Assembly (NCBI GenBank): GCA_014859265.1
Contig: JACUUN010000004.1
Location: forward strand, 1,718 to 65,717
Length of the DNA stretch: 64,000 nt
Origin: Coriobacteriia bacterium
GTDB taxonomy: Bacteria > Actinomycetota > Coriobacteriia > Anaerosomatales > SLCP01
Direction of reading: 5' to 3'
A model generated the notes under the pieces. It ran no database searches, was not told the DNA's origin, and saw only the letters and a program-made list of their open reading frames with translations. A program made the position numbers and the translations under genes. Below, piece after piece: positions 57,836-64,000 of this stretch (position 1 is the stretch's first letter; each line of letters starts with the position of its first letter).

Positions 57836-60273
57836 CGCTGCCTCCTCGTCGCGACCGCTTCGCGTACCGCCTTCACGCATCCCGGTGCATCGTCAGAGTA
57901 GCCCGCGCCGATGCTCTCGGCCCACAACCCTGTCACGACCGCGCCGCCCACGAGAACGGGAAGTCCCGTGTAATCCTCGGCGAGTGTGCGCACGGTCGCC
58001 TCCATCGCAGGCAGCGTCGTCGTCATGAGCGCGGAGAGGCAGACCGCATCAGCTTCGCCGGCAGCTTCAAGCACCCGCTCCGCCGGGACGTCCACGCCCA
58101 GATCGTCGACGTCGAAGCCCTGGCTCTCCAGCAGCGACACGCAGATGTCCTTGCCAATCGAGTGGATGTCTCCCTTCACGGTAGCAAAGACCACGCGACC
58201 CTCCGAAGCGCCCGCGTCCTCGGGCAGGTAGGTCTTCACGCGTGCGACCGCGGCCTTCATCGCATCGGCAGCAACCATGAGCTGCGGCAAGAATGCGTCT
58301 CCCCTGCCGAACGCGTCGCCAAGGCGCTGTATCGCAGGCGTCAGTATCTCGCCGATGACTTGTCCCGGCTCAACCCCGCCTTCTACGACGGCGTCAACGA
58401 GAGCAGGAGCGCCGTCGGCGTCCCCGCGTGCCACCGCTTCGGCAAGTCGCTCGGCGTCGGAACGTGTGTCCGCGGTGCGACCGGTGACCTCACCGGAGTC
58501 ACCTCCCGCCTCTGCCCGCTCGAGCGCCACTGCGTACGCGGCGTCCCATGCGGCCCACACGTCACCGTACGCGTCGGAGCTCGATCCCGCCGTCCGCGCG
58601 GTGTTCGCGAGTTCGACCGCGCCTGTCACGACCTCATCCGACGGGTTCACGATCGCCGCATCGAGCCCCGCTGACGCGGCCACCGCGATGAACGCCGCGT
58701 TGAGTTCAGGGCGGGATGGCAGGGCGTGACTGACGTTGCTCACGCCGAGGAGCGTCGCCAGCCCGCTCTCGCGAACCGCAGCCATCGACTCGACGGTCGT
58801 GTGCGGGGCGCCCGCGTCAGTCGCAGCCGCCATCACGAGCGTGTCCACAAGCAGGTCGGTGTCGCGCAGACCCGTGTCGTGCGCCCGGGCGCGAATCCGC
58901 TCGACGATGGCGAGGCGGCCCGCAGCGTCACCGGGGATTCCCTTGCCATCCAGTGCAAGCGCGACAACAGCGGCCCCGTAGCGCGCGGCAAGCGGCAGAA
59001 TCGAGTCGAGCGAGTCCGCAGCCCCGTTCACGGAGTTGATGAGCGCACGACCCGGATAGACCCGCAACGCGGGCTCGAGGGCCGCCGGGTCGGTGTTGTC
59101 GAGCACGAGCGGCAGGTCGCTCCCGCCGGATAGCGCAAGCACTGCGGAGCACAGCACGGCCGCCGCATCGACGCCGGCAGCACCCACGTTCACGTCGAGC
59201 GCGCTCGCGCCCGCCTGTTCCTGCTCGGCAGCGTACGCTCGCACGATTGACATCGAGCCGGCACGCAGCGAGTCCGCCAGCTCGGGCTTGCCGGTGGGGT
59301 TGATGCGCTCGCCGATGATTGCGATGGGCGCGCCCGCACCGATGCGAAGTGTCCTGCGCGGGCCTGCGATGACAACGCCAGGGAGCCCCGTGCGGCCCTC
59401 GATGACCGGTATCTCCTTCGCAAAGTCGACGATGGCCCCCGTGAACGCAGGCGAAGAGCCGCAGCATGAACCGACGAGCGACGCACCCGCTCTGACGAAC
59501 CTGCCAGCGAACACGCCCATCTCATCGGCGGTGCCCGGGAACATGGTGTGGCCGTCCTCGAAACGCGGTAGGCCCGCGTTGGGCTGCACGATGACCGGCA
59601 GCGAGATCGCAGTCGCCATCGCCTCGACGTACGGGAGCATCTGCTCGGGACCGAGACCGCAGTTCATGCCGACAGCGGTCGCGCCGGCCGCCTCCAGGAT
59701 CACCGCGGCGGTCGCTGGATCCGTGCCCGAGATGTCCGTCACTCCACCGAGCCCGAAGGTCACTGACGCGAAAACGGGCAGGTCGCATACCGAACGGGCG
59801 GCGAGCACCGCGCAGCGGGCCTCGGCGATGTCGGTCATCGTCTCGATGATGATGGCATCGGGCTCCTCGGCGGCAAGTGCGGCGATCTGCTCGGCGAAGA
59901 CCTCGAAGACGTGCTCGAAGGTCGCCGTGCCGAGCGGCTCGAGCACGAGCCCGGTCGGACCGGCGTCGGCGAGTACGTGCTGGGCACCGGACTCGCGCGC
60001 CAAGCGTACCGCAGCTCTGTTGAACTCCTCGACCTGGTCGCCGAGCCCGTACTCGTCGAGTTTCGGCCGCGACCCGCCGAACGAGTTCGTGGTAACACAA
60101 TCCGCCCCAGCGAGCACGTAGTCGCGGTGTATGCCCGAGACGATCTCGGGCGCGGTGAGGTTGAGCTGCTCGGGGCATTGCTCGGACGGAATACCCGCCC
60201 GCTGCAGCATCGTCCCGAACGCGCCGTCGACGACGAGCACCTCGCGACCCAGGCGTGTGAGGATGTCTGGCAT
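57832..60273 (-). CDS. metH: Cobalamin-dependent methionine synthase, short form without the C-terminal reactivation domain
   Basis: 813 aa. It contains a Hcy-binding domain (VVDGAFGTML...MNCG...GSCCG), a pterin-binding domain and a B12-binding domain (ATVKGDIHSIGKD). Confidence 0.9.
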   Translation of the reverse strand: MPDILTRLGREVLVVDGAFGTMLQRAGIPSEQCPEQLNLTAPEIVSGIHRDYVLAGADCVTTNSFGGSRPKLDEYGLGDQVEEFNRAAVRLARESGAQHVLADAGPTGLVLEPLGTATFEHVFEVFAEQIAALAAEEPDAIIIETMTDIAEARCAVLAARSVCDLPVFASVTFGLGGVTDISGTDPATAAVILEAAGATAVGMNCGLGPEQMLPYVEAMATAISLPVIVQPNAGLPRFEDGHTMFPGTADEMGVFAGRFVRAGASLVGSCCGSSPAFTGAIVDFAKEIPVIEGRTGLPGVVIAGPRRTLRIGAGAPIAIIGERINPTGKPELADSLRAGSMSIVRAYAAEQEQAGASALDVNVGAAGVDAAAVLCSAVLALSGGSDLPLVLDNTDPAALEPALRVYPGRALINSVNGAADSLDSILPLAARYGAAVVALALDGKGIPGDAAGRLAIVERIRARAHDTGLRDTDLLVDTLVMAAATDAGAPHTTVESMAAVRESGLATLLGVSNVSHALPSRPELNAAFIAVAASAGLDAAIVNPSDEVVTGAVELANTARTAGSSSDAYGDVWAAWDAAYAVALERAEAGGDSGEVTGRTADTRSDAERLAEAVARGDADGAPALVDAVVEGGVEPGQVIGEILTPAIQRLGDAFGRGDAFLPQLMVAADAMKAAVARVKTYLPEDAGASEGRVVFATVKGDIHSIGKDICVSLLESQGFDVDDLGVDVPAERVLEAAGEADAVCLSALMTTTLPAMEATVRTLAEDYTGLPVLVGGAVVTGLWAESIGAGYSDDAPGCVKAVREAVATRRQR

Positions 60274-60302
60274 GCCTATTCGTCAACCCTTCCTGACAGC
60301 GA

Positions 60303-60710
60303 CTAAAAACGCAGCATGACGGCCCTGCGAGGGCAGGCGACCACGCACGCCTCACAATACACGCACTTGTCTTTGTCGAACACGAGATCCGCAGTTCCCT
60401 CCGCCAAGGTGAGAGCGCCGGGTCGGCAGACCGCGGTGCACAGGCCGCAGACCACGCACCGCTCGACGTCGAGGCAGATATCGCTCGCCGCCTCGTGAAC
60501 CTCGACACCCTCGGAGCGCAGGAACGCCACGCCCGCCTCGAACTCGGCCTGGCCGCCCGTGAGCTCGAGGAGCATCCGCCCCTCCTGTCCGGGTTGTATT
60601 TGCGCCCGCAGGATGTTCGGCACGAGGTCGAAATCCTTGACGAGATGGTAGGTGATAGCCTTGGTCGCCTGCCGGGGAGGGAAGGTGAGATCGAGCCTCT
60701 TGCGTGCCAT
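60303..60710 (-). CDS. NIL domain + 2x[4Fe-4S] ferredoxin protein (MA1822-type homocysteine-biosynthesis partner)
   Basis: MARKRLDLTFPPRQATKAITYHLVKDFDLVPNILRAQI is NIL-like. It is followed by CVVCGLCTAVCRP and CVYCEACVVACP. Confidence 0.8.
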   Translation of the reverse strand: MARKRLDLTFPPRQATKAITYHLVKDFDLVPNILRAQIQPGQEGRMLLELTGGQAEFEAGVAFLRSEGVEVHEAASDICLDVERCVVCGLCTAVCRPGALTLAEGTADLVFDKDKCVYCEACVVACPRRAVMLRF

Positions 60711-60712
60711 CG

Positions 60713-61885
60713 TCAGATCGCCTCCTCGGTCCTGATCTCGAGCGGTTTGAAGCCCTGTGAGCCCGGCTGCGGCAGGGGCTGCAGCGGTGGCGCAAGTGTG
60801 AAGCGGTGTTCGGTGATCCAGCGCTTGAGCTCGGATGCGATGCGGCGCGCCACGGGGAGCGAGCTTATCGGCCCGGTCGGGACGCGCTTGCCCTCGATCT
60901 CGATCTCCCCGCTCCGCAGCTCCGCATAGGTGACCTGCCGAAGCGCCGGGCGGCTGCGCCGCTGGACACCGTAGTCGAACACTGTTGCGGTGAGGTCGGC
61001 GTCGGTCAGCGCAAGCGTCGCAGCGAGGTCCTCGTCGAGCACGGGAATCGGTATCCCGATGCCCACGAACGCCGAGACGCCGTAGCCCGCCAGAGTCGCC
61101 GCGCTGAAGTAGTCGGGACTCGCCTGCTTGAGATCGGCGATCACGGCGATCGTGCCCGCGGGAGAGACGGGCTCGCCGTGCTCGTCCCGCTGCTGATTCG
61201 GGTTGTGCTGAGTGCCCTCCCACGCCACGTAGCCCGGCGCCCCGGCAACGAAGCATCGGGTCCCCACACCGATGGTCCGGTATGTCGGGTCGTTCAGCAG
61301 CGGCGAGAGCGCACCCGCCGAGCAGTATGTCGCGTTACCGAGTCGCGGCAGAAGCGTGCCAAGGTAGGTGTAGAGCACCCGGTCACCGGTGTTCACGGCC
61401 ACTGCGTAGTTCTGGTAGGAGTTGCGGGGGTTGAAGAGGTACGCCTGGTTGAGGTCGTCCAGGGTCACGTAGGTGTCGATCTCGGTGCGCGGGTAGCAGT
61501 CGGTCCCAGGCCCGGTGGCTTTCACGCGCACGGCGCGACCGCGCAGCAGGTCCTCGATGACGTGCGCACCGCCATACTCGATGCCATGCATCGTGCTCGG
61601 CTCGGTCGCGCCCAGATAGGTGTCGACCGCCGCGAGCCCGCCGCTTGCAGGGACATCGTTCAGCGTGATCGTGCCCATCTTGATCGGCGGGTCGGAGTGG
61701 CCGAAGTTGAGGAACGCTCCGGTCGAGCACATCGGCCCGAAGGTGCCAGTCGTCACGACGTCGACGGTGCGCGCCGCCTCGCTCACGCCCTCGGCGGATG
61801 CAAGCGCCCCGAACTCCTCGGCGGTCATCACCGCCGCCTCGCCCGACGCGATCCGCGCGTTGATCTCTTCCCAGCTCTTCGACAT
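60713..61885 (-). CDS. COG1900/DUF39 homocysteine biosynthesis protein (MA1821-type, aspartate-semialdehyde sulfurtransferase)
   Basis: 390 aa: ...VDVVTTGTFGPMCSTGAFLNFGH...GGAHVIEDLL...NPRNSYQNY... GGAGG RBS before the ATG at 61885. Confidence 0.8.
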   Translation of the reverse strand: MSKSWEEINARIASGEAAVMTAEEFGALASAEGVSEAARTVDVVTTGTFGPMCSTGAFLNFGHSDPPIKMGTITLNDVPASGGLAAVDTYLGATEPSTMHGIEYGGAHVIEDLLRGRAVRVKATGPGTDCYPRTEIDTYVTLDDLNQAYLFNPRNSYQNYAVAVNTGDRVLYTYLGTLLPRLGNATYCSAGALSPLLNDPTYRTIGVGTRCFVAGAPGYVAWEGTQHNPNQQRDEHGEPVSPAGTIAVIADLKQASPDYFSAATLAGYGVSAFVGIGIPIPVLDEDLAATLALTDADLTATVFDYGVQRRSRPALRQVTYAELRSGEIEIEGKRVPTGPISSLPVARRIASELKRWITEHRFTLAPPLQPLPQPGSQGFKPLEIRTEEAI

Positions 61886-61899
61886 CGCGTGACACCTCC

Positions 61900-62202
61900 A
61901 ACAACAAGAAACGCTCCCCGCCTGACTTTTCGCCAGGGCGAGAAGCGCATCGCTTCACGCGGTACCACCCGACTTCACGGACCTGACGTGCGGGTCCGCC
62001 TCTTCGTGCCCAAGGTAACGGGGGCGTCCGTCCGGCATTACTGGGGGCCACCTGCCGCCGCAGCGACGCTTGGCACCGTTCCTCCGGATGCCTCCGGGGC
62101 CATGTTCCGCGGATTCTCGGACGCCGGTTCTCAGCTACCTCGGCTCTCTTTCGGTCCTACGCGGCCGCGTACTCATCCCCATCACAGGCTCGATATGAGT
62201 TG
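61900..62202 (-). promoter_or_regulatory. T-box riboswitch leader (termination type), Met specifier
   Basis: The minus strand has the T-box core GGGUGGUACCGCG at 61958..61970. Stem I reads GGGG-AUGAGUA-CGCGG...AGAGAG...CCGCG-GAAC-AUG-G-CCCC, with AUG at 62101..62103. A terminator helix (61912..61947) is followed by UUUCUUGUUGUU (61900..61911). Confidence 0.75.
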
Positions 62203-62208
62203 CCGACG

Positions 62209-62237
62209 ATGGTAGTCCCCTCACGGAGCCCCGTCAA
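62209..62237 (-). promoter_or_regulatory. Candidate promoter of the methionine operon
   Basis: Minus strand reads TTGACG (62232-62237), 17 nt spacer, TACCAT (62209-62214). The -35 lies inside the 3' end of the NUDIX gene. Confidence 0.4.
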
Positions 62238-62667
62238 CGTGAGCGAGCGCCGCCGCAAGGATCTCATCGTGGTCGAAAGCGAGATTCGGGAGCGCGCCCA
62301 ACGGGTGCCAGGCCGCTTCAGTGGCGTCGTCGCCACCCGTCACCGCAGGGAGACCCTCATACGCACGACCCACGAAGGCCACGCTCACCGTCCAACCGCG
62401 CGGATCGCGACCCGGATCGCCGAATGCGGCGACCTGGACGAGCGGGCCCCGGAACTCGAACGCCGTCTCCTCGGCGAGCTCGCGGCGCGCGGCGTCCTCG
62501 AGACGCTCGTCTTCGTCGAGAAACCCTCCGGGCAACGCCCAGGCGCCAGCGAATGGTTCGGATGCCCGCCGTATCAGCAGCACATGCAGACCGGCCGGCG
62601 GACCCGCCAGAAGAACGACGTCGACCGACACGGCGGGACGCGGGAACTCATACTCGAAGGTAAGCAT
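62221..62667 (-). CDS. NUDIX hydrolase
   Basis: Nudix box [22 protein letters not shown], 148 aa. Confidence 0.85.
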   Translation of the reverse strand: MLTFEYEFPRPAVSVDVVLLAGPPAGLHVLLIRRASEPFAGAWALPGGFLDEDERLEDAARRELAEETAFEFRGPLVQVAAFGDPGRDPRGWTVSVAFVGRAYEGLPAVTGGDDATEAAWHPLGALPNLAFDHDEILAAALAHVDGAP

Positions 62668-62700
62668 GTAGAGAGTGTAGCGCCGGCTGCGGGGACGCGC

Positions 62701-63015
62701 TCATTCGCAGCGAACGCGCTCCACGAGCTCCCCAGTGGACTCGCTGGCGAGCCCCTCCTCCACATGGACCCGGGCGTAGAACGAGCACTTGCGGCACTCG
62801 TGGATCTTGCGCTCGTAGTCGCCCGAGGGGGTCCCCGCGCACAGGGTGTCCGCCACTACCCAACATGAGCGCCCGGCGTTAATACCGCCATTGGCGCCGT
62901 CGAGAGCATCGCAGTGGGACGCAGGGCACCGCGCGCCATCGGTGGAACGCCGACCGCCGGGACCGCGTTCGCATCCCTGGTAGTCCCAGCAGTTGAGTCT
63001 CGCTCTCGGTGTCAC
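62701..63015 (-). CDS. Small Cys-rich two-CW-domain-like protein
   Basis: 104 aa: LNCWDYQGCERGPGG...CPA...GINAGRSCWVVADTLC...CRKCSFY. It has two C-W dipeptides in a Cys-rich frame. Family name is recalled from memory. Confidence 0.5.
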   Translation of the reverse strand: MTPRARLNCWDYQGCERGPGGRRSTDGARCPASHCDALDGANGGINAGRSCWVVADTLCAGTPSGDYERKIHECRKCSFYARVHVEEGLASESTGELVERVRCE

Positions 63016-63261
63016 GCGGTGATGATCCTTCTGTTCGGGTGGGACAGATCAGCCCGCATGAGCGGGACGCACCTCCTCAAGCACGTGTCATGCCAGAAGT
63101 CAGCGTTGCCGCAGGTGCGGCGCGAGCGGTGTGGCGGAGTCGAGAAAGGAGTCCGACCCGGGATGAGCGGGTGCATGCACCGCCGCCCGGGAGTATCCTG
63201 TTCTGACGCGCAACGCCCTCCGGGCGCCCGCCGACCTCACCGATCGACCACAGGAGCCGCA

Positions 63262-64000
63262 GTGTCGCGACCGTTTGACTTCAAGACCGTCCTCGCATTC
63301 CTCGCGATGTACATCATCTGGGGTTCAACGTATCTCGCAATCCGGATCGGGCTCGAGCACGACATGCCGCCCGCTCTCTTCACCGGCATGCGCCTCACGC
63401 TCGCCGGATTGATCCTGCTCACCTTCGCCAGGTGGCGCGGGTGGCGCCTGCGGCTCTCGCGCCACGACCTCGTCACGGTCTCGGTGGTCGGCGTCTTCTT
63501 GCTCTGCGGCGGTATGTACTTCACCGTCCTTGCCGAACAGTACATCCCGTCGAGCCTCTCGGCGCTCGTGGTAGCCGTGATCCCACTGTGGGTAGCGGCT
63601 GCCGAAGGCGTGCTGCCCGGGATGGACCGCCCCACTGCCCGGGGTGTCGCGGGCCTGTTCATCGGCTTCGCCGGACTCGGCCTGCTCATGTGGCCGAGGA
63701 TCACCGGCATCCATGGTTCCGGGGTCGAATGGCTCGGCGTCGGGCTCCAGATACTTGCCACGTGGCTCTGGACGACCGGCTCTCTTATCTCTCGCCGCCG
63801 CCCCGTCAAAGCACACGCGGTGGTCGCCACCGGCTACGAGATGCTCGTCGCCGGTGCCATCCTGCTCGGTGTCGGCGTCGTCCTGGGCGAGGTGCCCCGG
63901 ATGTCCGGCATATCCGCGGGAGGTGTGTGGGCACTCGCATACCTCGTCATCTTCGGCTCATGCGTGGCGTTCACGTCGTTCGTCTGGCTCTTGAGCACCG
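63262..64000 (+). CDS. EamA/DMT-family transporter (3' end outside window)
   Basis: GTG at 63262 with AGGAG 5 nt upstream. Translation VSRPFDFKTVLAFLAMYIIWGSTYLAIRIGL... stays open to base 64000. It is not in the ORF track because no stop falls in the window. The long minus-strand ORFs here are shadows. Confidence 0.8.
   Translation, partial: MSRPFDFKTVLAFLAMYIIWGSTYLAIRIGLEHDMPPALFTGMRLTLAGLILLTFARWRGWRLRLSRHDLVTVSVVGVFLLCGGMYFTVLAEQYIPSSLSALVVAVIPLWVAAAEGVLPGMDRPTARGVAGLFIGFAGLGLLMWPRITGIHGSGVEWLGVGLQILATWLWTTGSLISRRRPVKAHAVVATGYEMLVAGAILLGVGVVLGEVPRMSGISAGGVWALAYLVIFGSCVAFTSFVWLLST

Noticed and set aside
63237-63994. Minus-strand ORFs 63237..63830 and 63325..63816, and plus-strand ORF 63644..63994.
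   Set aside because: The plus-strand frame starting at GTG 63262 gives a clean EamA transporter sequence open to the window end. The listed ORFs are its shadows.

Overview
GC-rich, gene-dense chromosomal core region with about 60 protein genes, mostly on the minus strand. Many neighbouring genes share 4-nt ATGA/GTGA stop-start overlaps. The gene content points to an anaerobic Gram-positive-type bacterium: T-box leaders, tungsten-type aldehyde:ferredoxin oxidoreductase, MetV/MetF, COG1900 homocysteine pathway and a multihaem cytochrome. The taxon cannot be fixed from sequence alone.

Content in order:
- ilvD-ilvB-ilvN-ilvC-aminotransferase-serA operon behind a T-box leader
- a PD40-like membrane protein
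- an Icd / LeuCD-type dehydratase / homocitrate-synthase-family cluster, interrupted by an AbrB-Doc toxin-antitoxin pair and a HEAT-like gene
- HDAC-family deacetylase, YihY, YgjP, RlmL and an NYN-LOTUS protein
- a short stretch with gene remnants
- a COG2403 P-loop protein plus an orphan ORF
- pncA-pncB, an MFS transporter and an Fe(III)-type ABC importer
- a 12-haem membrane cytochrome c and several lipoproteins
- gatB, ABC1 kinase, a wHTH/phasin-like protein, gatA and gatC
- a ferredoxin-CPBP protease fusion, ligA, a UPF0280 protein, a GGDEF cyclase, and lipA-lpdA
- FeS protein, AOR, MoaD-like and ThiF-like genes
- a Met-specifier T-box in front of a COG1900 / NIL-ferredoxin / metH / metV / metF operon
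- NUDIX hydrolase, a two-CW protein and an EamA transporter that runs off the window end

I recognised no rRNA, tRNA, CRISPR array, transposase or integrase.

Most noteworthy:
- two termination-type T-box leaders that can be aligned to each other (specifiers read as GUG and AUG)
- a self-contained anaerobic methionine module
- a possible Re-citrate-synthase/aconitase/Icd reading of the 'leu-like' cluster
- an approximately 50-80 nt twin-hairpin repeat present twice, 33 kb apart
- a 449-nt non-coding gap of unknown nature
- a ferredoxin-CPBP fusion
- several gene remnants

I did not find a convincing defence-island-like or otherwise clearly novel multi-gene system. All family calls rest on reading the translations from memory, with no database search.
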